From: Gelidibacter sp.
GTDB taxonomy: Bacteria; Bacteroidota; Bacteroidia; Flavobacteriales; Flavobacteriaceae
Reading direction: 5' to 3'
DNA length: 64,000 nt
NCBI RefSeq assembly: GCF_035577925.1
Contig: NZ_DATJCY010000077.1
Location: 185 to 64,184, forward strand
Shown in pieces: positions 40,258 through 49,525 of this stretch (its first letter is position 1; every line of letters starts with the position of its first letter). The notes below the pieces were generated by a model that was not told the DNA's origin, made no database searches, and saw nothing but the letters and a program-made list of their open reading frames with translations. A program made the position numbers and the translations under genes.

Positions 40258-41202
40258 CTATTTGGTATTATTTTCTTGTAATTGTTTTACCGCTTTAATT
40301 TGGTCTGCAAAGAAACTACTTTTTTCTGGATATTTCAAAATTAATATTTTATAAGATTGAATTGCTTTGTCATAATTTTTTTGCTCTAAATAGATTCTCG
40401 CTAATGTCTCGGTCATTAAACTATCATTTTGGACCAATTTCGGTTTGTCCATATTAATGGTAGGCGTATAGTTTTTAACCGGCTGTATTTTTGGGTTTGA
40501 TTGTATGAACTTATCAATCAAATCGAACTTTTTTTCAAGTGGTGACTCTATTTTTGATTCTTTAATTATCTCCTCTGTCTGAGGTGGCAAAGTACTAATA
40601 GTTTCATCATCCGTTCGACGAATAGGTTTGAAACTCGTAATTGTTAACCATTCTGAAAACGAGCGTGATTCGTTTTTGTCAAATTCCAAAGGTTTGCCAA
40701 TGCCCAATTGTTCTTCGGGCGATGGCTGGATGTTTTTGAAATCAATATCAATAATACTCTGTTCTTGATTGATGTCAGTTGGTTCAGATGGTTTTTTTTC
40801 AAATAAATCTGGATCAAATATGCCTTCACTATCTTGGATATGTTGATCACTAACTACTTCTATCAACACATTTTTGTCCAATGAAATATCATTGGCATCT
40901 TTAACTTCAATGTTTTTTAGTAATTCTGTATTTTGCTTGATGAGTCTCGAAACTTCGTTTTGATTAAATGCTTCGGAAGTTATAAAATCAAATAGAATAC
41001 TTCTATCGGTTGTGTAAGCAGCGGTAACTCTAAGTTCTTGATTGTATTTAAAACTAGCTATTGCTTTTAAACCTTTTAAATAAAGTGCTCTTGCTGGTTG
41101 AAAATAGGGGTACTCTGCAACAATGTCACCAATCGTGGAGGTTTGGTCCGATGACAATTGCTCGGGATGGCTAAGCAGGTATGTAAATTCTTGTTTGTTC
41201 AC
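40258..41202 (-). CDS. Conserved Bacteroidota TPR-containing protein
   Basis: N-terminal YPYFQPARAL...AAYTTDRSILF; C-terminal MTETLARIYLEQKNYDKAIQSYKILILKYPEKSSFFA. GTG 41202 start preferred. Confidence 0.8.
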   Translation of the reverse strand: MNKQEFTYLLSHPEQLSSDQTSTIGDIVAEYPYFQPARALYLKGLKAIASFKYNQELRVTAAYTTDRSILFDFITSEAFNQNEVSRLIKQNTELLKNIEVKDANDISLDKNVLIEVVSDQHIQDSEGIFDPDLFEKKPSEPTDINQEQSIIDIDFKNIQPSPEEQLGIGKPLEFDKNESRSFSEWLTITSFKPIRRTDDETISTLPPQTEEIIKESKIESPLEKKFDLIDKFIQSNPKIQPVKNYTPTINMDKPKLVQNDSLMTETLARIYLEQKNYDKAIQSYKILILKYPEKSSFFADQIKAVKQLQENNTK

Positions 41203-41210
41203 TGTATCAA

Positions 41211-41717
41211 CTACCATTTGCCCAATGTGGCGTTTAAAATATCTTGTGTTATGCGTTCAAAAATTTCGTTGATTGCAGTTTCTTTCTGGCCACCAGTTAA
41301 TTGCGCAGTTCCTGGATAATCATAAAAGAATGAAAATTGTTGATTTAGGTCTTCGTCGGGGTTATTTTTGTCATAATAGCGCAAGCGTACACCAATGGTC
41401 AAGCGGTTTTGAGCAGCAGTATTATCGGCCGTTGCCGTTGTTGGTGAAATGCGGTATTCAGTTATTTCTCCTTCATAAGTGATGTCTCCTCCAGAGGTTA
41501 CCAACTGCAAGCTGGTTTGGTTTTGGATCATATCTGCAAGCATATTTGTAAAAGTACGCTCAATGCCGGGTTCAATTAATGGGGCATCATTTTGAAAATA
41601 GTTAACTTGATATGTTCTGGTGCCAGCTGGTAAAGAAATTCCTGTAAAAGAATAATACCCACATCCTGTAAATATGGTAAGACCAATAATAAGGGCTAAT
41701 GATTTAAGTTTTTTCAC
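41211..41717 (-). CDS. lptE: LptE-family lipoprotein
   Basis: Lipobox FTGC-GYYSFTG; FQNDAPL, YEGEITEY, RLTIGVRLRY, ITQDILNATLGKW. GTG 41717 start preferred over 41795. Confidence 0.8.
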   Translation of the reverse strand: MKKLKSLALIIGLTIFTGCGYYSFTGISLPAGTRTYQVNYFQNDAPLIEPGIERTFTNMLADMIQNQTSLQLVTSGGDITYEGEITEYRISPTTATADNTAAQNRLTIGVRLRYYDKNNPDEDLNQQFSFFYDYPGTAQLTGGQKETAINEIFERITQDILNATLGKW

Positions 41718-41742
41718 TTTTAGTGTTTTGATAACTGATAGC

Positions 41743-43011
41743 TTATAAATCGAATTGTTTGATTTTTCTATATAATGTACGCTCACTAATGCCAAGTTCG
41801 GCGGCGGCTAATTTGCGTTTTCCTTGATGGCGTTCTAATGATTTTTTTATCAATTCCAGTTCTTTGTCATGTAAAGATAAGGTTTCTTCTTCTTCAACTT
41901 CTTCCGCAAAATGGTATTTGTCATTGCGATCTTCATGAATTTCGGAAACTGAATTTGTTTTCTCAGGAATTGACAATACTTCAAAATCTTCGATGGCGCC
42001 ATCATCATAATCTTCAGCTTCGTCACTGCCGTAAATTTTTTGGATCAGGCTTTCATTTTTCTTTTGTACTTCATTAACGTTTCCGCTTTTCATGAGTTCC
42101 ATGGTCAGTTTCTTTAGGTCGTTAAGATCGTTTTTCATATCGAAAAGCACTTTGTAAAGAATTTCGCGCTCACTGCTAAAATCGCTGTCACTTTTTGAAT
42201 TTTTAATTACAGCAGGCAAATTATCACCTTGACTTGGCAAATAGCTATTTAAGGTTGCTGCATTTATGGTTCTGGTTTGTTCTAAGACAGATATTTGCTC
42301 GGCAGCATTGCGCAATTGCCTGATGTTGCCATTCCATCTGTTTTTTAAAAGTACATCAACGGCTTCATCAGTTAACTTAATGGTTGGCATTTTATATTTT
42401 AGAGCAAAATCACTCGCAAACTTTCGGAATAACAAATGGATATCCTCTTTGCGTTCTCTTAACGGAGGCAAATGGATTTCAATAGTGCTCAATCTGTAAT
42501 AAAGATCTTCCCTGAACTTTTCTTTTTTAATGGCTTCAAACATATTTACGTTTGTGGCCGCTACAATTCTGACATTGGTTTTTTGGACTTTACTGGAACC
42601 TACTTTTATGAATTCGCCATTTTCCAAAACACGCAATAAACGAACTTGAGTGGTTAATGGAAGTTCACCAACTTCATCTAAAAAAATAGTACCACCATCG
42701 GCCACTTCAAAATAGCCTTCGCGTGTATTTGTCGCGCCCGTAAATGCGCCTTTTTCGTGACCAAAAAGTTCACTGTCAATTGTTCCTTCTGGTATGGCAC
42801 CGCAGTTAACTGCAATGTATTTGCCATGTTTGCGATGTGATAATTGATGTATGATTTTTGGAATACTTTCTTTACCCACACCACTTTCTCCGGTCACCAA
42901 AACCGAAATATCCGTTGGGGCAACTTGAATCGCTTTTTCAATCGCGCGATTGAGTTTTGGGTCATTTCCAATAATTCCGAAACGTTGTTTTATGACTTGA
43001 ATTGATTCCAT
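41743..43011 (-). CDS. Sigma54-dependent enhancer-binding protein with no N-terminal sensor domain (AAA+ plus Fis HTH)
   Basis: GESGVGKE, FGHEKGAFTGA, FLDEVGE, AATN, FREDLYYRL, WNGNIRQL, AAAELGISERTLYRKIK; AAA+ core starts at about residue 12. Confidence 0.93.
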   Translation of the reverse strand: MESIQVIKQRFGIIGNDPKLNRAIEKAIQVAPTDISVLVTGESGVGKESIPKIIHQLSHRKHGKYIAVNCGAIPEGTIDSELFGHEKGAFTGATNTREGYFEVADGGTIFLDEVGELPLTTQVRLLRVLENGEFIKVGSSKVQKTNVRIVAATNVNMFEAIKKEKFREDLYYRLSTIEIHLPPLRERKEDIHLLFRKFASDFALKYKMPTIKLTDEAVDVLLKNRWNGNIRQLRNAAEQISVLEQTRTINAATLNSYLPSQGDNLPAVIKNSKSDSDFSSEREILYKVLFDMKNDLNDLKKLTMELMKSGNVNEVQKKNESLIQKIYGSDEAEDYDDGAIEDFEVLSIPEKTNSVSEIHEDRNDKYHFAEEVEEEETLSLHDKELELIKKSLERHQGKRKLAAAELGISERTLYRKIKQFDL

Positions 43012-43085
43012 TTTAATATTTAAAGTTATAAATCAAGGATGAATTTTGGGATTTGTGATGAAATAATACCGATAAGTTGGTTTTA

Positions 43086-44528
43086 TTATTGGTCGGCGTA
43101 GCCAACAGCAATGCCAATTAAAGTAGCACTGGTGCAATCTTTTACGTCAACATTTACCAAATCACCAACCTTGTAATGTTCTTTAGGAAAAACCGCTACA
43201 ATGTTTTGCGATGTTCTTCCTGACCACTCTTGATCTGATTTTTTTGATTCGCGTTCAATCAAAACTTCAACCGTGGTATTCAAATAGGCTTTTGTTCTGA
43301 TTTCGCTATGTTCTCTTTGCAATTGGACAATATCATCCAAGCGTCTTTTCTTTACTTCTTCAGGAACGTCATCTTCCAGTTTGCGCTCGGCCAAAGTGCC
43401 CGGACGCTCGGAGTAGGTAAACATATAGCCAAAGTTATATTTTACATAGTCCATTAAGCTTAAGGTATCTTGATGGTCGGCTTCAGTTTCTGTCGGGAAT
43501 CCTGCTATCATATCTTGTGAAATGGCGCACTCAGGGATTATACGTCTGATGTTGTCTATCAATTCAAAATATTCTTCCCTAGTATGCAATCGGTTCATTT
43601 CTTTGAGAATACGATTGCTGCCGCTTTGCACGGGTAGGTGGATATGTTTACATATGTTTTTATGTTTTGCCATGGTTTCGATCACGTCCAAAGTTAAATC
43701 TTGCGGATTGGAAGTTGAAAACCGAATGCGCATTTTTGGATAGGCTTTTGCACATAAATCCAACAAGTTAGAAAAATTAATAGCTGTTGCTTTTTGGATA
43801 TCGCTCGCTTTTTCAAAGTCTTTTTTCAATCCGCCGCCATACCATAAATAGCTGTCCACATTCTGGCCTAACAACGTGATTTCTTTAAAACCTTTGTTCC
43901 AAAGATCATGGACTTCTTCTAAAATACTTTGCGGGTCCCTGCTGCGTTCGCGACCACGAGTGAACGGCACCACGCAAAATGTGCACATATTATCACAGCC
44001 TCTGGTAATGGATACAAAAGCCGAAACACCATTGCTGTTCAATCGAACCGGTGAAATATCACCATAAGTTTCATCTTTACTTAAAATGACGTTAATAGCA
44101 TCTCGACCTTCGTCAACTTCCGCCAATAAATTGGGGAGGTCTTTGTAAGCATCCGGGCCAACAACAAGATCTACTATTTTTTCTTCTTCTAGAAGTTTGC
44201 TTTTTAAACGTTCGGCCATACATCCCAAAACGCCTACTTTCATTTTTGGATTACTGCGTTTTACAGCATTGAATTTCTCCAATCGTTTTCGGATGGTCTG
44301 TTCTGCTTTGTCCCTAATGGAACAAGTGTTGATTAAAACCAAATCGGCATCTTCTAATTTTTCTGTAGTGTTGTAGCCTTCTTTATATAATATGGAAGCC
44401 ACGATTTCGCTATCGCTAAAATTCATGGAACAGCCGTAGCTTTCAATAAAAAGCTTACGTTGATTTTCTTTTTTTTGTTCGAGTATGAGATGTTCGCCTT
44501 GCTTACTTTCTATAATAATCTTTTCCAT
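43086..44528 (-). CDS. miaB: tRNA-2-methylthio-N6-dimethylallyladenosine synthase
   Basis: SYGCSMN, NTCSIRDKAE, GCDNMCTFCVVP, GRERSR, C-terminal TRAM domain. Confidence 0.97.
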   Translation of the reverse strand: MEKIIIESKQGEHLILEQKKENQRKLFIESYGCSMNFSDSEIVASILYKEGYNTTEKLEDADLVLINTCSIRDKAEQTIRKRLEKFNAVKRSNPKMKVGVLGCMAERLKSKLLEEEKIVDLVVGPDAYKDLPNLLAEVDEGRDAINVILSKDETYGDISPVRLNSNGVSAFVSITRGCDNMCTFCVVPFTRGRERSRDPQSILEEVHDLWNKGFKEITLLGQNVDSYLWYGGGLKKDFEKASDIQKATAINFSNLLDLCAKAYPKMRIRFSTSNPQDLTLDVIETMAKHKNICKHIHLPVQSGSNRILKEMNRLHTREEYFELIDNIRRIIPECAISQDMIAGFPTETEADHQDTLSLMDYVKYNFGYMFTYSERPGTLAERKLEDDVPEEVKKRRLDDIVQLQREHSEIRTKAYLNTTVEVLIERESKKSDQEWSGRTSQNIVAVFPKEHYKVGDLVNVDVKDCTSATLIGIAVGYADQ

Positions 44529-44583
44529 AAGACCTCTAAATCGTCTGTAATTATTTTGTTGTGCCCTGTTGAAAAGGCAGCTG

Positions 44584-44617
44584 CAAAGATATGATTATTT
44601 TTAATGATTGTGACAAA
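44584..44617 (-). promoter_or_regulatory. sigmaA promoter of the miaB operon (-7 TATCTTTG; -33 TTTG)
   Basis: CAAAGATA at 44584-44591 and CAAA at 44614-44617 (22-bp spacer). Confidence 0.55.
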
Positions 44618-44699
44618 GTGACAGTGTATAAAAATGTTTTGATAATGTTAAAAAATTATGTTTTCTTTGAGCCCAAACTACCTATAAAATAATTACACA

Positions 44700-45482
44700 A
44701 TGACCCCATCAGAATTTCAATTAAAAGTTTCAAATGCAAAAGATTTGGATTTTGGAACCATTATTAGCCAATCTATAGAACTATTTAAAAAAAGCTGGCT
44801 ACAGGGTTTTTTACTTCAGTTGTTTGTCATGATTTTGGTTCTTCCTTTTTTTATTGTACTATATGTACCGATCATTATGTTGGCGGTTTCACAGGCCGAA
44901 TCTGGAAATTTTGACCCCGATGACATGAATGGTTTATTTGAAGGTTTTTCTGTGCTTTATTTAATTGTGCTTTTTATTGGCATCTTTATTATAGGAGTTG
45001 TTCAGGTAGCGCTCACTTCAGCATTTTTCAGAATATTGAAAACACTGGATCAGGGTGGTGAAGTAAAAACTTCAGATTTGTTTTACTTTTTGAAAAAGCA
45101 ATATGTCGGTAAGATTTTAGTATTGATGCTAGCTTCCATTTTAATTGCGATACCGGCAGTTTTGTTTTTTTACCTTCCATTTATTTATGTCTTTGTGCCC
45201 ATGTCATTCTTTTTGATTGTTTTTTCTTTTAATCCGGAATGGACTGTTGGTGATGTTGTTGGAAACAGTTTCAGGATCGGAAACAAAAAATGGCTTTTGA
45301 CTTTTGGTTTGTTTCTGATTAGCTATATGGCTATTACGGTATTGTCTTTTGTGAGTTGTGGTCTTGGAAGTTTGTTTTTGGCGCCATTTTTATACCATCC
45401 CATCTATTTTATATATAAGGAAACTATTGGGTTTGATGATGTGAGTGAGTTGGATCAAATAGGTAAAGACACAGTTTTCTAA
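44700..45482 (+). CDS. Hypothetical integral membrane protein
   Basis: 260 aa with 5-6 TMs; DFGTIISQSIELFKK start, similar to small multi-TM families; function not recognised. Confidence 0.8.
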   Translation: MTPSEFQLKVSNAKDLDFGTIISQSIELFKKSWLQGFLLQLFVMILVLPFFIVLYVPIIMLAVSQAESGNFDPDDMNGLFEGFSVLYLIVLFIGIFIIGVVQVALTSAFFRILKTLDQGGEVKTSDLFYFLKKQYVGKILVLMLASILIAIPAVLFFYLPFIYVFVPMSFFLIVFSFNPEWTVGDVVGNSFRIGNKKWLLTFGLFLISYMAITVLSFVSCGLGSLFLAPFLYHPIYFIYKETIGFDDVSELDQIGKDTVF

Positions 45483-45545
45483 ATCAACCAAAATAAAAGT
45501 ATTTACTAAGCTTTAGTAATTGTATATTCAAAAATATTTTTTTGT

Positions 45546-45572
45546 AAAAGCCTGAATTTTCAGGCTTTTTTT
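45546..45572 (+). terminator. Intrinsic terminator
   Basis: aaaagcctgaa-tt-ttcaggctttt-ttt. Confidence 0.75.
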
Positions 45573-45650
45573 GTGGTTATTGAATCATCGTTTAAAGGCA
45601 TATAAATAGGTTTAAAAAATTTAAATTAGGCTGAATACTATTTTTTCATA

Positions 45651-45658
45651 TACATTTG
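45651..45658 (+). promoter_or_regulatory. sigmaA -7 element TACATTTG (topA)
   Basis: Consensus match 20 bp upstream of the ATG. Confidence 0.6.
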
Positions 45659-45677
45659 TACCAACAAAAAATGTAAT

Positions 45678-48191
45678 ATGGCGAAAAACTTAGTTATTGT
45701 CGAGTCTCCTGCAAAGGCTAAAACAATTGAAAAATTTTTAGGAAAAGAGTATAGAGTAGAGTCCAGTTTTGGGCACATTGCCGATTTGCCTTCTAATGAA
45801 TTGGGCGTAAATGTTGATGGAGATTTTAAACCAAAATATGAAGTTTCCAAAGATAAAAAAGCAATTGTCAAAAAACTAAAAGATTTGGCAAAAGATGTCG
45901 ATACCGTTTGGCTGGCCAGTGATGAGGACCGGGAGGGTGAGGCTATTGCTTGGCATTTGGCCGAAGTTTTAAAATTGGACAAGTCAAAAACTAAACGCAT
46001 TGTTTTTCACGAAATTACAAAAACGGCAATTCAAAAAGCAATTGAAAATCCACGAGATATTGATTACCATTTGGTGGATGCCCAACAAGCACGACGTGTG
46101 CTGGATAGGATTGTGGGTTATGAATTGTCGCCGGTGTTGTGGCGCAAGGTAAAGGGCGGATTATCAGCAGGCCGTGTACAATCGGTGGCGGTGCGGTTAA
46201 TCGTTGAGCGTGAACGCGAAATTCAAGAATTTGTGCCGGTAGCATCTTATAGAATTGACGCCGAATTTAAGAATGAAAACGGTCAGAGTTTTAAGGCAAA
46301 ACTGCCAAAGAACTTCGCCACCAAAGAAGAGGCATATCAGTTTCTGGAATCTAATGCTGCTGCTGCTTTTAAAGTTGCAGAATTAGATAAAAAACCTGCT
46401 AAAAAATCGCCAGCTGCTCCATTTACCACATCTACTTTACAACAAGAAGCATCGCGTAAGCTTTATTTTTCGGTTTCAAAAACCATGACCATGGCGCAAC
46501 GCTTATATGAAGCGGGTTTGATTACTTATATGAGAACGGATAGCGTTAACTTATCTGACGAAGCACGTAAAGGCGCTGAAGAAAAAATTAAAGACGCTTA
46601 CGGCGCAAAGTATAGTAAACCTCGTAATTATACCAGTAAAACAAAAGGTGCGCAAGAAGCGCACGAGGCCATTAGACCAACTGATTTTTCAGTGCACTCC
46701 GTTGACATTGATAGAGATCAGGCACGGTTATATGATTTGATCTGGAAACGTGCCATCGCATCACAAATGAGTGAAGCTGAATTGGAGCGTACCAATGTGA
46801 AAATTAGTGCTAATACTCATAATGAATTGTTTACGGCCAATGGTGAGGTGATTACTTTTGATGGATTCTTAAAAGTCTATCTGGAAGGAACCGACGACGA
46901 AGATTCAGAGCAAGATGGCATGTTACCAGCAATGAAAATTAACGAAACGTTGGTCAATTCTTATATTACAGCAACGCAGCGTTACACGCGGCCACCTTAT
47001 AGATATACCGAAGCATCCTTGGTAAAACAGTTGGAGGAATTAGGTATTGGTCGTCCATCTACTTATGCGCCAACAATTTCGACAATTCAAAATAGAAATT
47101 ATGTTGAAAAAGGAACCATCGAAGGTGTAGATCGAGATTATACGCAACTGACCTTAAAAGGAGGAAAGTTAAAAGATCAAATTCTTACTGAAAAAGTGGG
47201 ATCCGATAAAGGAAAACTGGTGCCAACTGATGTTGGAACCATTGTGACTGATTTTTTGGTCAACCATTTTGAGACCATTTTGGATTATAATTTTACGGCA
47301 AAGATGGAAGCCGATTTTGACGAAATTGCCGAAGGCAACGAAGACTGGACCAAATTGATGAAAGATTTTTACAAAGATTTTCATCCACAGGTTAAAGATG
47401 TTCAAGAAAATGCAGACCGCGAATCGGGTGAGCGTATTTTAGGGAAAGATCCAAAAACAGGACGGCAAGTTAGTGTGCGTTTGGGAAGGTTTGGTCCTAT
47501 GGTGCAAATCGGAACTGTTGACGAAGAAGAAAAACCTTTGTTTGCCAGTTTATCTCCAGATCAGCAATTAGCCACCATTACTTATGAAGAAGCGATGGAT
47601 CTTTTTCAACTGCCTAAAACATTGGGTACTTATAATGATGAAACCGTTGAGGTGAATAATGGGCGTTTTGGTCCTTATGTAAAGTATGGCGATAAATTTG
47701 TGTCGCTTCCTAAAGGCATGGAGGCTCTGAGTGTTGAACTTGATCTAGCCATTGAGCTAATCAAGGAAAAGGAAAAAGCAGACGCTCCTATATATATGTA
47801 TAAAGATTTGCCGGTTCAAAAAGGAAAAGGTCGGTTTGGTCCCTTCATTAAATGGAACGAGATGTTCATCAATGTCAATAAAAAATATGATTGGGATAAT
47901 TTATCCGATTCGGATATTGTTGAATTGATTGAAGACAAAATCCAAAAAGAAATTGATAAGGTAGTCCATAATTGGGAAGAAGAAGGCATTCGTGTGGAAA
48001 AAGCGCGTTGGGGAAGGCATAATCTCATAAAAGGTAAGTTGAAAATTGAGCTTCCTAAAACCTTTGATGTTTCAAAATTAACCTTGGAAAATGCTATAGT
48101 CATGATTGAAGAAAAAACTCCAAAAAAGAAAGTAGCTAAAAAGAAAGCACCCGCTAAAACAGCAAAGAAAGCAACATCCACTAAGAAATAA
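45678..48191 (+). CDS. topA: DNA topoisomerase I
   Basis: VIVESPAKAKTI, ASDEDREGE, SAGRVQS, ITYMRTDS (catalytic Tyr), GIGRPSTYA; C-terminal repeats and Lys-rich tail. Confidence 0.98.
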   Translation: MAKNLVIVESPAKAKTIEKFLGKEYRVESSFGHIADLPSNELGVNVDGDFKPKYEVSKDKKAIVKKLKDLAKDVDTVWLASDEDREGEAIAWHLAEVLKLDKSKTKRIVFHEITKTAIQKAIENPRDIDYHLVDAQQARRVLDRIVGYELSPVLWRKVKGGLSAGRVQSVAVRLIVEREREIQEFVPVASYRIDAEFKNENGQSFKAKLPKNFATKEEAYQFLESNAAAAFKVAELDKKPAKKSPAAPFTTSTLQQEASRKLYFSVSKTMTMAQRLYEAGLITYMRTDSVNLSDEARKGAEEKIKDAYGAKYSKPRNYTSKTKGAQEAHEAIRPTDFSVHSVDIDRDQARLYDLIWKRAIASQMSEAELERTNVKISANTHNELFTANGEVITFDGFLKVYLEGTDDEDSEQDGMLPAMKINETLVNSYITATQRYTRPPYRYTEASLVKQLEELGIGRPSTYAPTISTIQNRNYVEKGTIEGVDRDYTQLTLKGGKLKDQILTEKVGSDKGKLVPTDVGTIVTDFLVNHFETILDYNFTAKMEADFDEIAEGNEDWTKLMKDFYKDFHPQVKDVQENADRESGERILGKDPKTGRQVSVRLGRFGPMVQIGTVDEEEKPLFASLSPDQQLATITYEEAMDLFQLPKTLGTYNDETVEVNNGRFGPYVKYGDKFVSLPKGMEALSVELDLAIELIKEKEKADAPIYMYKDLPVQKGKGRFGPFIKWNEMFINVNKKYDWDNLSDSDIVELIEDKIQKEIDKVVHNWEEEGIRVEKARWGRHNLIKGKLKIELPKTFDVSKLTLENAIVMIEEKTPKKKVAKKKAPAKTAKKATSTKK

Positions 48192-48194
48192 GTT

Positions 48195-49361
48195 ATGACG
48201 TTTAATTTTTTGTCGCCGGTTTCTGATAAGGTCTTGTCTAGCATTGAGCTTTTGTCATCACAAGCGTTTGGGAATAAATTGAAGATTCATACTGTTCAAG
48301 ATGGTCTTCCCGACCTTAACGATGTACAGATTGCCATTATTGGTGTTTTAGAAAACAGAAATGATGTTAATTATTCTGGAGAAGATATTCAATTGGATAC
48401 TATTAGAAATGTGCTTTATAGTTTGTTTCCTGGCAATTGGCACACTCGGGTTGCCGATTTGGGGGACATCCTTAAGGGCGATAGCGTTGAAGATTCCTAT
48501 TTTGCACTAAAGACAACGGTTGCAGTATTACTCGAAAACCAAATTATCCCTATCATTCTTGGAGGAAGTCAAGATTTGACCTACCCTAATTATAGGGCCT
48601 ACGATGGTATTTTGCCAATGGTCAATATTGTAAGTGTGGACAGTAATTTTGATTTGGGTGATTCTACTTTGCCTATTAAAAACAATAGTTATTTGGGAAA
48701 GATCATATTAGAGCAACCTTATAACTTGTTTAATTATTCGACCATTGGTTATCAAACATATTTTAATTCGCAAGAAGAAATAGATCTTATGGAGAAGCTT
48801 CATTTTGAAGCCTATCGATTGGGCGAAATTTCAAAATCTATCAATCTTGTCGAACCGGTCATGCGAGATGCCCATATTGTGAGTATCGATTTAAAGGCGG
48901 TCAAAGCCTCTGAAGTGTCTTCAAAACAAAAATATTCGCCGAACGGATTGGACGGAAAAGAAATTTGTGCCATTGCTAGATATGCTGGAATAAGTAATAA
49001 AGTGTCCTCATTTGGTGTGTATGAGTATCAGCGTTCAAAAGACGACCAAATCACCTCAATGCTTGTGGCACAAATGTTATGGTACTTTATTGAAGGTGTT
49101 AATTGTAGGGTTAAGGAAGATCCTTTAAAAGACGAGCATAACTATCAGAAATTCAATGTTTTGATTGAAGATGATGAGCTAATATTCTATAAAAGCATAA
49201 AAACAGGCCGCTGGTGGATTGAAATTCCGTTTTTGCCAGAGGTTAATAATAAATTGAAACAGCATACGTTATTACCATGTATGCATGAAGATTACACCGA
49301 AGCTATGCAAGGAAAAATACCAGAAAGATGGTATAAAGCCTATAGGAAAAACAGCTTCTAG
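48195..49361 (+). CDS. Arginase/formimidoylglutamase-fold protein with degenerate metal site
   Basis: ADLGDI, ILGGSQDLTY, VDSNFD, SIDLK, PNGLDG; about 100-aa C-terminal extension (GRWWIEIP, LLPC...PERWYK). Confidence 0.85.
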   Translation: MTFNFLSPVSDKVLSSIELLSSQAFGNKLKIHTVQDGLPDLNDVQIAIIGVLENRNDVNYSGEDIQLDTIRNVLYSLFPGNWHTRVADLGDILKGDSVEDSYFALKTTVAVLLENQIIPIILGGSQDLTYPNYRAYDGILPMVNIVSVDSNFDLGDSTLPIKNNSYLGKIILEQPYNLFNYSTIGYQTYFNSQEEIDLMEKLHFEAYRLGEISKSINLVEPVMRDAHIVSIDLKAVKASEVSSKQKYSPNGLDGKEICAIARYAGISNKVSSFGVYEYQRSKDDQITSMLVAQMLWYFIEGVNCRVKEDPLKDEHNYQKFNVLIEDDELIFYKSIKTGRWWIEIPFLPEVNNKLKQHTLLPCMHEDYTEAMQGKIPERWYKAYRKNSF

Positions 49362-49525
49362 TTGCTAGTGTAAACGGTTTTTCATCGATGAAACGCCCTC
49401 TTTTTAGGATGAAATGCAAAAAAAAGTAAAAAAAAATTGTTTTTTAAAAAATATATAGATATGTTTACTCCCTCAAAAATTAGTAACTCAAATTTTACTA
49501 CTAAATAATTTAACCTCGAGTTTTT

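Noticed and set aside
48110-48191. Lys/Ala-rich tail of TopA as novel
   Set aside because: Basic C-terminal tails are known in TopA enzymes that lack zinc ribbons.
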